Shown here: positions 24,364-35,504 of the stretch, piece after piece
Position numbering within the stretch: position 1 is the first letter of the stretch
Layout: each line of letters begins with the position of its first letter
Assembly: GCA_026025075.1 (NCBI GenBank)
Contig: JAPEUI010000068.1
Span: 62,001-97,504 of the forward strand
From: Vezdaea acicularis
Lineage: Eukaryota
Length of the DNA stretch: 35,504 nt
Reading direction: 5' to 3'
The notes under the pieces: model-generated
Database searches by the model: none
The model's input: only the letters and a program-made list of their open reading frames with translations
What the model was told of the DNA's origin: nothing
Made by a program: the position numbers and the translations under genes

Positions 24364-27059
24364 AATATCACATGCGTTATCCACGTTACAATTTCTGTCC
24401 GCTAGGTAAGAGCCTTGAGACTCCGTACTCTCTTTGATGTGAAAGCTCCTTCAACCGAATTCGTGTATGCCCGTAGAGCTCTCGCCCATACTCAAATATT
24501 TCCCGATGTCAATGACCTTGAGGTGATATTTATACCCTTCTGTGATTCAATTGCATTCTGATGCCCTTTGTCGGAATGGCGGCTATCGACAACCGCCACC
24601 CATCAAACAATAGTTCCGCAATCCATACGGCGATTGGTGAGATAAGCAGGAGAGACGGAATTACTAAAAGCCTGAAAGACTTTTCCGGTGAAGTTGACCT
24701 GGTGCTGAGACGTCCTGAAAGTAACGCACTTGACGCGTTTGCCCTTTGTGACGCCTCAGGCCTGGAGCAAGCTGGCAATATGTAAAAGGAAAAGTTGGGA
24801 GTAAGAGAAGATGGTACTCTTAAAATGGACAAAGATAGGCCAAAGGCAACAAGCTGTTCTCTAAAAGTGAAAGCGGCTTAGCCCACTTCTTGCTTATGGT
24901 CAAGGTTGCCTAGACATTGCTTTAGCTGTCCTCCCAACAGAGAATTTTTCACACATTAAATGGCCCATATTTCTCACTTACATGTCCATTACCACAGCAG
25001 TCAATGCCCCACTTGCCTCCATCTATAGGTATGCTTTGTGACGTCCACTTGATCTTGCCAAGCAATTGGGTCCTAAGTAGCTACTGCCCTGTCAACAGTT
25101 TGGAATATAGAGATTTTTATAGGAGACTTGAATAAGCTCTTGAGGAGAGATAGTTATCTAAACTTTCCTTAATGCATATCCAATCAACCAGACAATATTT
25201 TTATCCGAGTTAGAGCCTGAGTTTGTGTGCCAGTAATGCCGTTGCATGTTTTACTTTGGAAAGACTTCAATGGCTCTTCTATCAGTCGGTATTGCTAGCT
25301 GATTTCCCAGTGTATTTGATGTATTGGAACGTATTTCAGAAGCTGAAGGTAAATTTGGTCTTTCCCGCGAATACTTTCTGGGTGAGAGAGAGCTTTAATG
25401 AGGTCGGAGTGGATCCTATGAAAACTTTCCCTGATTCAAGAACGTGATACTGGAGAGCTGTTCTTGAACCTCTTCTTGCTCCATCAAGCAGTATGGGGAG
25501 TGCGAGCGCACTAATTGCCAGTACATTATTTTTGACAAATGATGCGCCTTCATCCTCTAGCAAAAACGTATATGAAAATTTCTCAATGCTCTCGTTTTCC
25601 TTTCCGTAAAATTCTGCTGAAGCCCATGTGGTTGAGCTGATAAAGGAAGATGTGGTTCCGCGCTCTCGGAAGAGCTGGTGTAGTCACTGTAAAACCCCTC
25701 CTTCGATGAACACAACTAGTGAAAGTGCCAATCAGGAAGATTCATACCAAAGATAGTAGGTATGAGTTGTAGAATGCTTCCCATTTTACAGAAACCTTCC
25801 AAAGAGCCCACACAAGCATCTGCGCCTAGAGTCGTCAATGAACGACATTCCGTATATCAAACCTTTCAAAAATGATAGACATCTTGCCCCTGGTCTCAAT
25901 ACAGGGCAATCTCTCAAGCCTGGATACGTTCAGGTCCGAACAATTTTAGACCTGTGAGCGCTAGTCTCTTCATCATCGAGCGGTCTCTTACGCCCTAAAC
26001 TTCTCAGCTTTCGTCATTACCATGAAGCTCTAAACGCGTAGCGCATCTCCGCAAATTACTCAACAACAAGCCCGTTATCTACAACGCTCTTGCCGACTTT
26101 CAACTTGATCGTAAGCTAAACCTTTGCAAGACACAGACTTCAACCGCTTGACTAACAGCTTAAAGTTGCGATCTGCCATGGAGCCTAAACGATCTTCCCA
26201 CGCTTCTTGTACTCGACAAAGCTGTGAGTTTTTGATATCGAAATGGACTTCCAAGGGGAACTGTGATCTTTCAACGTCTTAAGTGGAGTAACTACAATCT
26301 TTCACCAAGAAAAGCAGCCCGCCACACGGAATCAGATACTCGTTGTTCTAGAATAACCCCCGGAACAGGGTTTCAGAAATTTGTAGTGCGCAATTCTAGT
26401 ACTTACAACAATATTGAAGATAGGAGCGGTCCAAACAGAGATGCTGTGGGAACTACAAAATGAGATGCGGCTGTAAGGCGGCTAATTTCGAGCTGACCTG
26501 ATCAGACATGGTACTTATTACTGCTTGCATGTTTAATGAGAAATGCTAGCTAGCTAACATACAACAACTGATTGCATAGCTTCAGGTTGATGAGATGTAT
26601 GAGCCTACACGGAAGCGTTCTAAAATCATGTCCACTTCTTTTGATCGGTAACTTCTTACGGACTAAGAATTCATAAGATCAATCTGACGTACTGATCTCT
26701 ATTTCTAGATCAAGTATACACGTATCATCTAGAAAGATCGTATACGAAGGGCGGGAGGATTAATGTGGAAGAATTCCACAATTGATCAAGGGTGTTGGAC
26801 AATGCAGCAATTTTGAGATATGCTCCTGTGGGTTACTAGAAGGTAGAGAGCACGTTATGGATGGACTACGCTAGAGGGAGCTAGACTGTATCTACAACCT
26901 TTTCCCTGTGTCATTTTCGGCCAGAGATCTACGTCGCCTTCTTGATAATCAAGTCGGTAATAAGCATGCTTTAAGCTTAAATCTAGAGAGTAAATCTCTC
27001 ATTCAATCGAGTAAGTACTCTTTGGGTTCGAAAGATTTATTGTATTGCATCTCCGGCCT

Positions 27060-27638
27060 TCAGTGAGTGTCTGATCTTGTTAACGATTCTTGTAGCACTG
27101 ATAACCGCTCCGCCACCAACTTGATCGCCCCTAAGATGATCTGAACGCAATACTTGGACTCGACAACCAACATGTTTCTCTGTGAATCATTACGTCCGAT
27201 GCTGACTAGATCAATGGTGTGTTGCAGGTATGCTGCTCCACAAGCAAGGTGTAGTGATGAGAGTTCGCCGTATGACATGCTGTTGTTGGAGGCATCATCT
27301 TGATCAAGTCGCCTCTGTATACTCTCTCCGATATTCTTTGATGATAACTGACCATCTAAAGAGTTCAACAAATGACTAAACATCTTTGAAAGATGGACCT
27401 AGTTACCAGTAGACCGATCATTGACGCCTTGCATGTCCAGAATTTTATCGACAAGTCGAGCAATGACAAGCACATCATCTTCGACATTAGATAGCTGCTC
27501 ACTCTTGCTTGCAGCGTCGTCGGTGAGTCGATTCATAGCTAGAGACTGTGGTTGAAGTGGTATTTGGAGTGTTTCTTGAGGTAAGAGCTTCCACTGTACT
27601 TGAGCTCGAAATAGGTTGACGTGAGCATGAACAATCTT
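27060..27638 (-). pseudogene. About 190-codon helical frame interrupted by one TAG (27399-27401)
   Basis: KIVHAHVNLFRAQVQWK...DDVLVIARLVDKILDMQGVNDRSTGN*VHLSKMFSHLL... continues in frame into ORF 27060-27383. Confidence 0.5.
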
Positions 27639-28581
27639 CTACGTTTAACAGGGCAAACTTGGAACAGCATACATTTCAACTATCGGCTCAGACCGCATTA
27701 CTCAGACCGTATTACTCGACTGTATTGACTTCATGTCGTTTTCCAAGCTACCTGTCGTTCACAAGACACGGCGCTCCTTATATCGCTTGGTCTCTAGCAA
27801 AGGCAGCAGAGGACTCCCATACGTTCAGCTTCTGTACCAAAAAGGCGCTTGCCTTTTATCGATTTAGGGGGTCATAGGAATGGTTGGACCCCCCAACTAC
27901 TCTGAATGACCAACTCTATCCAGCTAAGCTTTACGTCCAGCATTCAGCTTTTAGGGGTGGCGAGTAGTCCCATCACTTGTATCAGGAAATTAGTCCTTCA
28001 AGGGTTGGGACTGGAGGAAGTCGGCGAGTGGACGGTGGAGAGAATCACCAACCTCTTCGGCATGTGTGCCTAACCTCCCCGAGTTCATCGGGTAAGCAAA
28101 TAAAGCCACAAGGCCTTCCCGCCTTCCTACTACCAATCACAGGATGCAATGGCAGAGACATACCCTGGTCGGGGGTCTCGCGTAGGCGCAAATACGCTTT
28201 AGCGAGTGCACTTGAATAACGCGTTGGAATCCACGCTAGTAAGTCTCCTCCTAGAAATGACCACTTGTTAGTGACTGGCACGCACAGGAGATCACTCTCC
28301 CGTTGTGTTGAGTGAATGTTCTCTCGTCTAGAGGAAGGCGTGTACGCCTGAATGCATGACCAAGACCTGTGATGCTACACAGATTAGTACGTTTTGCCCT
28401 GTGAGTAACCACCTATTGACGACAAGCACATCTTAAGGGGAAACCCTCCTACGACGTCAGAATAATGACCCCATACCTCAACTAGATGTCTGCCAGGTTC
28501 CGTTGCAACCCCTTCTTGAGCGTCAAAACCGAGTCATTCCAAAGATCTGCATAATTGAGCATCAACTCTTTCGAAAGCATA

Positions 28582-29583
28582 ATGGAGCTTAGCGCTCCGG
28601 AATCATACGAAAACCATCCTCAACTCATACATGCTGTCGAAAAATTCCATGCGGACATTGAGAGTATTGCAGCGGATATTGAATTACCTCGTACTCGTAT
28701 CGAGGCTATTGCAAAGAAATCCTTGTCGGACATCTTCGTAAGATCTGCAAGAGGACCAAGTAGCTGGAACAATTTCGTTCAAGGGATGCAAAAGACGCTG
28801 CCCGGCAATAAAAAAGATTTTGGTCTAAACACACGTCACTTATCGACTCTCTGGCGTGGATTGTCACAAGAAGAAAAGGCACAATACAGACGTGGCCGAA
28901 GGACGAAAAGGAAATCGGAAGTACAGAACGCCCAGCTGCGACGTGTAGTCAACGATCTCCGCAGAAAGGTTGTGCCTTCGGCTTTTATGGATCTTCGTGC
29001 TGATTGATTTGCATAGGTGGATGAGATCTCCAAGCTTGGAGCTGACGCTCTGTTCTTTGTGTGCGACAACAAGAAACAAGGCCAAGGAGGTGGTCTTTCA
29101 AGCGCTTTCGGGTCGCCTCAAGCGGTTCGGTTTACTCAATGGATGGATGCGCACCGGGTCGGCCTCATTGACTTTAAGAGGTTTTGCAAGGGAGAGGAGC
29201 TCTCACTTAATCATCGTGATATCATAACTTTAAGAAGAACTCAGGACCCGCTTCACTCAAGGCATGATCAAGAGGAATTAGAAATGCTCTCTCGAGACGC
29301 GAGTCGGTCTCGCTTGAACGCAAGTTTGCTTGTAATGTTTAACCAGGCGGTAGAACATCATGACAAACTTTTGCGTCTCCCCCCAAAAAAGAGTTGGGCT
29401 TCGTGGATGGAAGTAAGAGGGCTGGAGCTTGTCATTGAAAACCCAAACATCACCAGATCTGACTTGGAAGAACGCTTGCAAGGAAAAGCCGGCGTTGCAA
29501 AGATGAAAACGATGATATCTGGCATTGAGAATGGTGAAATCCGCCTGCAAAACATTCGACGCGACCTTGGATCAAGCTCTTAA
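28582..29583 (+). CDS. HMG-box-like DNA-binding protein; exons 28582-28968, 29017-29583
   Basis: RGPSSWNNFV...LSTLWRGLSQEEKAQY followed by a basic tract RRGRRTKRK. Intron 28969-29016 GTTGTG..GCTGAT..ATAG joins the two ORFs in frame. Confidence 0.75.
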
Positions 29584-29649
29584 CTCATACCTTATCTTCT
29601 AAGTAAAATATGAACGGACAGGATCTGTAGTAGGCAGTAGCGGTACCTT

Positions 29650-30706
29650 TCATAATACAACTGCCGTCCGGTGATTTGAATAAATGACATCAGTGCTGTT
29701 GTTTGAATCCGTCAGCGTCGATGGATCAAATACGAAAGTTGAAAGGGTTGACACGTACGCACTGATTCTTGAGCTTGTCGTTTGAGACGAAGACTGTATT
29801 TGCGGAAGCCACGAAAGCGGAGCACCCAAGCCAGCTCCTTTATCTATTGAAGAACCAATGCATGAAGGATCGGAAAGCTTCTTTCTCAGCATTAAGACTT
29901 AACCCTTAGCCTTAACAGAATAACGTCTCGATAGTAGACGACGTTCGGCTCAAGGCCTTGATCTCGTTTCCTCTTTATGGCCAGGCCAGCCAGCGTGCGA
30001 AAAGACACCCAAGCCACTTTGAGCAGCCATTTCTAATTCAACAAAAATACACACCGTCAAAAACCTAATAGAGTCGTGAATAAGTGACTTCGAGGAAATT
30101 TTGGATGCCAAAGATACGTCAAATGAAAAAGATAACACATGTTTATCTCATAATCACTCATCAGAAGTGAAGATAATACATATCCCGATACCCACTCTTA
30201 AGTTCGTCATGGAAGGCCAGAATAAGGATTGCAAGATTTGTTCCCTGCCTTCTTTATTTGAATGAAAGGCACGGAGATCGGTAGGGACGTGTTTTCTGTA
30301 GGTGTGTTCATTATGCTGTACACAGTATTTGGGTAATCCAGAAGTTGGATAGTAACAGTCTCGTGATGTGTCATCTCCCGTCATTCGTAGGCAGACAGGG
30401 ATAGAAGCGATCAATTTGTCAATGGATATCAAGCGATTTTCTTTGAATGAGCTAGGTTGGATGCTATGTGAACATATCATGGCCTTACATTATCCTGATT
30501 CTCTCTATATCGACGATTGAAAAGTTGATATCTGCAGCATTGGAGAACATACTAGGCAAGGATGGAGTCAGAACCCAACGCGCTTGTCCCGTTCTAAGCG
30601 CATATGTGGCGTCTTCGACTCCGTTAAGCCACTCGCGAATATGTCTGGTGAAAACGCGCTTCAAGCCTGGAGAACGATCTTTCACCCGTGTTTGATGGGG
30701 AAACAA
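29650..30706 (-). pseudogene. Degraded gene: three co-framed ORFs separated by isolated stops
   Basis: ORFs 30480-30154, 30138-29950 and 29892-29650 share one frame broken by TGA, TGA, TGA and TAA. The upstream ORF 30706-30485 ends at a GTAAGG donor-like site. Confidence 0.4.
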
Positions 30707-31617
30707 TGCTAGCTCATTAGAGAATGGTGTCAGTGAATGTCAGATCTTATGACGCGAAGTGCTTTGATCGAACCATGTCGAATATTGCACGACTGCCATG
30801 AGGACAATAATCTTTTTCACCGTGAAGTTGACCATGACTGCGATGTTTTGACCGGAATTATCTTAACTTGAACGGGGCCAGAAGCTTTTGATAACTTAGT
30901 CTTTACCGATATGTGCAGTGGAGTATGTGACGAACCGTTTAAAAGGCTCACAATAAGCTTACAGATGACGAACCCAAGACAATGCAAGCCTTCTATGCAC
31001 CAGAGCAATTCTGTACATTGAGTTCTAGCTCTAAGAGAGCATGATCATCCTTGTCGATGATAAAAGTAGAGCTGATTCTCTCTATCGAAGCGTTCAGGAG
31101 TGAGGTCTAGGTTGGATGCAAACATTTTCCCCACAATTGATGACTATGAGGGCGCCAACAGCAGTACAAAGCTTGACAGTGGTCTTAGATGAGAAATAGA
31201 CGTGATTCATTCGTCTTCTGTGTAGTACCTTTGAGATTTTCCTTGTTGGGATACAGGTATGTAGAGGGAAAACAGTTAGATTGATAGTAGCACATCTGTT
31301 CTGTCTGCCCTTGCGAGATCTGTGAATTGGGTTTCACCAGTTTTTGCTGCAAGAAACTACCCTTAAAGTTGAGCTTTTTAGAGACGGACAACCTGAACGG
31401 CAAAGCTGCCAAATATCCTGCAACAAACTATTCCGATTGCACTTAGGATAGGAGTGTACCGTTTTGGTATGAGATTGAATGCTTTCAAGATGCGAGTTGT
31501 AGCTTTGTTGATACCTAGTGGGGGAATGCATCAGAGGATGAGTTGCCCTTTGGTTTTGATTTTGGGAAAAAACAACGAAACGGCTCATACATAAGGCCAA
31601 AGAGGGAGAGATCAGCT

Positions 31618-32593
31618 CTATGCTTTACGTCTAGTCCCACTTCTTGTGGCATGTTGCTTGGACAAGGTGCGTTTCTGCCTCTTTGGCTTGTGGACTTCGT
31701 CCAAAAGCTCCCTTTCATCACGTTCGGCATCCTCTTCAGCTCTACTGACATGTCCAGGCGTGTCTTTATCAGAATTGCCGTCTACTATACGTGAGAGTCA
31801 GATAAGGTTGGAACAAGACGATGTCAAAGTACTAACCCTGTTCATCGCGCGATTCCACGTTCTCACTCTCATCATCGCCCTTGCTGGGTCCATGATCGCT
31901 GGCCCCGTCTCTTTGGTTCTCGACGTTTGAACACGCATAACTAGATTCGTTGTTCCTCTTCCGTGCCTGCAAAGTAACCGGAGTCCTTCCGTCTCTGTTG
32001 GGTATGCTTGGGAGACGTGGTTTCTCATTGATGAGCTCAATTAACAGCTGCTTGTGTCGTTCCGTAAGCACTGGCATAGCCGCGGCTATGGCGTTTTTTG
32101 CCGTTAGATATGGCTTCGGGTCCTCCTTAGTGACAGTAAAGGGGGGCTTGGTATCACCATCCCAGGCTGAGCTGAACCATCGATTCGTCCATTTTGCCCA
32201 GAAGCGCTCTTGTCGGGTCTCCTGCTCGCAGGCATCCTTGGGTTCTGACTCGTCTTGCGAATCGTCCTGATCGTGTATTACACAGATATTGACAATCTGG
32301 AATGCGCCTGTTCTAGCAAATTCTTTACCATTGCTGTAAACGTGATTTTTGATCATCTTATCAAGTCCGCTTCTTTTTGCCTTATCTTCGCATCTCGAGA
32401 TGTCAAGCACATCCATCAAGTTATTCCAGTTCTTCGCAGCGTCTTCTCCCTTTTTTCCACAATCGGATTTCATGATCTGATCATGTTCGACCATCCACCG
32501 TGCAACAACCATTTCGATGAGAGGCGGTAACTTTTTCCTAGGTGCACCAAGGTCGACCTTCATCCACCAATATTCTTCTTGGACCGGCTCCAT
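31618..32593 (-). CDS. Orphan Trp-rich protein, paralogue A; exons 32593-31837, 31784-31618
   Basis: 253-codon ORF plus intron GTTAGT..CTGAC..TAG leading to an acidic/basic tail (KPKRQKR). Clear homology to the gene at 34106-35045. Confidence 0.75.
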
Positions 32594-33019
32594 ACCAGCT
32601 AACGCTCACCTATAATTGAAATCAGCATGAAAACAAAGCTGCAATAATTGTGTAGTAGTTCAATTCGACAAAGAAATCGCCTCCGTTCGTACGTTCGTAT
32701 GATTAGGCTTTGGGAGGAAGGGGGTCATGAGGGAGTTGGAGAGATTGAAGCACGCTAGAAGCGAATAAAGCGCTTGAAGTGCGCTTAACCGACGTCCGTA
32801 GCTTCCTGTCTGCATCAAAAGTTTTGAATTACCATCGTGTAGGAAACTGGTGGCTCTAGCAAGAGCTCAATTTTCACCTTTACAACCTCTAACACCACCC
32901 ATTCTTCCGTCATCATGGATGGGTCTTGGCATCTTGTCATAAATTCCTCTCAACTCCATCCATAAAACGTTGTTAGCATCTCTCAACGCTGGCCTTCTCC
33001 ATCTTCTGCCAACCTTGCA

Positions 33020-33668
33020 ATGGCTACTGTAACGCAGGAAAGACTCCTGCTAGAGCAAGAATTCCTCCCTGCACCAGGCAGTGCAGGAGCCAAAAAAATC
33101 GTCAGGTCTATCGGAATCGATCGAAATATCTATGAGAAGTATTACAACGAGGTATATATGCAACTGATAGCTCGCTCTTCGTGGCAGCTAACTGGATATC
33201 AAGCGTATTCATTCCAATCTCCTCAGCCCTCCCAGAACAACATTCTCGCCGACGCCGACCTTATTCTCCCAAGACCCATGGCGATCGCCATCAGCGACTA
33301 ATGCTGATTGGACTGAGCACGATGCAAACAGGTTGAGCGTCGTTCTTGCCATGGCGCGAAAGCAGGGCGATCTGGAGTTCGTTCCCAAGTCATCGCTGGT
33401 ATGCCATACCATCCCGGAGATCAAAGCCGCTGTCGACGATATCTGTAACGCAATAATAGCAGGCAATAAGGACAGGAGAAGGATTGCGGAAGTCAGAAAA
33501 TCTAGGGCAGGTATAGCCAAAGAGGAAAGACTTCGGCGAACACGGAAGATTGTTGAAGAGGGCCATCGATTTATCGGGATGAACGTAAGAAGATATCAAC
33601 AATGTAGGCTCAGGTCTCTTCTTAAAGGCGAAGTTTCTAGATCAAGGATCTCCAGTGCTAGACATTGA
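33020..33668 (+). CDS. Orphan basic protein; exons 33020-33151, 33204-33668 (3' end uncertain)
   Basis: Intron 33152-33203 GTATAT..GCTAAC..AAG joins ORFs 33020 and 33333 in frame; R/K-rich helical C-terminus. Confidence 0.6.
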
Positions 33669-34105
33669 AGCCTGTATCACGTACTGGCGTAACTTGGAGT
33701 AAACTTGCTTGGTTGTTTCTCTGAAATAGACCATCAAAAGGATGGCGATGCAAAGTCCTCGTATCTTATTTGTCTGGATCCGCGAGTAGATATCGGGTTT
33801 GCTGCAGGTGTTCTCATAATACCAATAGTCGATAATGGCATTCCAATTGCTCTACAATGAAGCTCAAAACGCGCACCAATTCCTCCCGATAATAACGTAG
33901 TAATGACATTCATCCTATTCAACTTGAGTCGCTTGAAGCGCTACATGTGTGCCCTACCCATAGACAAGAACGATCACGTGACTGAAGCTCCTATCATCGG
34001 TTATTCTGATATAAGCAGCCCGCAATTAAAGGGCCTTGTTCTCTTTGAGCAACTTGATTGATACAATTATCCTGAGCACGGTGTTTTCAAACATTATCAC
34101 GCGCG

Positions 34106-35045
34106 ATGGTAAGGCGTTTCCTGACTCCCTTCACGTTCTTTTTTGGCTGAACTCTACTCATGTTATCTTGGAATCAGGCCGAGAACAGAGTTGGCTCACC
34201 CCTAGCAATCTCACGAGCACCAAACAGCCCGCCATCACGCGAATCATCCGAGGAAGGATTGTCGTTCAAGGTTCATTAAACGATCTTTAGTAGTTGTTAT
34301 AAAGTACTGATATTATATTCTGCAGCCCTTAAACTCAAAGCGATCTCTGAACGAAAGGCGAAGAACTTCTTCCGATGAAGATGGGTCTGGCGCAGGCATG
34401 GAAGCACCCAGCGTCGTGAAGAAGAAGCAATTAAACAGGGAGAGCCAAATAATTGTAAGGAGGTGGATGGCTAGGCATGATCAAACTCGGAAAACGGATT
34501 GTGGAATATATGGTGAAGATCCTGGAAAGAACTGGGAAGAGCTCTTTTGGGAGCTGGGCTATAGAGGTAGGGTGCCCCCAGATGTGGATGCGAAATATCG
34601 CACATACGTTCGCAATGAGGGCAATCGACTTGAGGCCAAAGGAGTTTTTGTGAGGGCGGAAGTCCCTGATGGAGAGGGACGGCTTAAGGCCAAGGAAAAG
34701 CGGATATGGAAATCTTGGACAAAACTTTGGGAGGAAAAAGGCTGGGATGGAAATACTAACCCGCCCCAGCTCACTGTCGAGGGTGTCAAAGTTTCCATTC
34801 ATCCGGCTATCCGCCTCATGTCCTATTCAGAACGCCATGCTTTGGTCAAATGGATATTGGATGTTGGTGAATGTCCTCCAACCACATCATCGGACGGGGC
34901 GAACCAAAAACGAACGGTTCTAGATGCTTTTCACGAAGACCGGATCGCGAGCGACTGCTTGTTGTCTCTTTCGAGTTCTGCAACCAGCGAAAAGAGGAGG
35001 CGAATCGTTATACCAACTAGTCGAGTTCCACAGCGTTCACGATAA
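34106..35045 (+). CDS. Orphan Trp-rich protein, paralogue B; probable exons 34106-34108, 34178-34270, 34326-35045 (core ORF 34398-35045; both ends uncertain)
   Basis: Shares RWM..HDQ..K.DCG..GED..KNW..L and W..WT..W....WDG.T.PP with paralogue A. Upstream GT-AG introns preserve the frame. Confidence 0.75.
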
Positions 35046-35346
35046 CCCCCAAAAGCCCATCAACGGCAAATCGACCTCCGGCTCCACCACGGTCTTATCC
35101 TCGACCTCGACCTCGACTGTCGGGGCGGGGATCAAAAGTATTGCTGTGACAAGCACAAGCGTGAGCGACGGGAAGGCTGCAGCGCCAGTTTTTAAAAGAA
35201 AGAAGAGAGTTTTGGGCCTGAATGTCAGGGCAAGATGTACATCAATAGAAGGGTACCTCGTCGGCCAGGACGAGTGCCATCTTGGTCTTGGTCAACGCCG
35301 TCCCTATTTTTCCTACCTTTCCTATCTCTTCGGTCGTGCTCTCAAC

Positions 35347-35504
35347 GTCCAGTATCTCTGTCGTCACTGGCTCTGTTGTCACTGGCTCTGTCGTCACTGG
35401 CTCTGTCGTCGCTGGCTCTCGAAGTCCAGTATTTCTGTTGTCGCTGGTTCTGTGGTCGCTGGCTCTCGATGTCCAGTATTTCTATTGTCGCTGGCTCTGT
35501 GGTC
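35347..35504. repeat. 15-bp tandem CTCTGTCGTC(A/G)CTGG nested in a 47-bp higher-order repeat; runs off the window
   Basis: Visible 15-mers; the GTCCAGTAT anchor recurs at 35347, 35424 and 35471. Confidence 0.9.

Larger units (their letters stand above)
18131..35504. mobile_element. Putative large mobile/accessory element (one end only; class undetermined)
   Basis: Sharp switch from dense conserved genes to a structured palindromic end, orphan genes, paralogues, pseudogenes and minisatellites. No mobility enzyme or TSD is seen in the window. Confidence 0.55.

Noticed and set aside
22295..28529. Shared 14-mer TTGAGCGTCAAAAC at 22295 and 28516
   Set aside because: A single 14-bp match within about 17 kb is roughly at chance level.
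28582..29583. MAT1-2-1 mating-type gene
   Set aside because: It lacks the PRPPNAFILYR signature and the conserved intron within the HMG box, and there are no SLA2/APN2 flanks.
23646..30480. Mitochondrial insertion read with TGA=Trp
   Set aside because: The region is not AT-rich enough, shows no mitochondrial gene motifs, has spliceosomal intron signals, and TAA/TAG stops also interrupt frames.

Overview
Filamentous-ascomycete (Pezizomycotina-type) genomic DNA with short GT-AG introns and CTRAC branch sites. The window has two different halves. 1-17.9 kb is a compact block of conserved genes: the 3' end of glycyl-tRNA synthetase, a LaeA-like SAM methyltransferase, RIX1, YPP1, an MBOAT acyltransferase, SEC12 and alpha-actinin. 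About 270 bp upstream of alpha-actinin the sequence changes abruptly. A 55-bp near-perfect palindrome (18131-18185) is followed by about 25 copies of the dyad GCGCTT-N-AAGCGC spaced at almost only 60, 43 or 45 bp, and the first 740 bp of this array fold back on themselves. Beyond it lie more than 16 kb of orphan genes and pseudogenes: a DUF7918-like coiled-coil gene, an HMG-box-like gene, two divergent paralogues of an unrecognised Trp-rich family, stop-interrupted frames and minisatellites. Isolated copies of the same dyad recur upstream of several intact island genes. My best inference is one end of a large mobile or accessory element with its own DNA-binding-site system. No transposase or recombinase is visible in the window, so the element class is unproven. 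All gene models and counts were made by eye.
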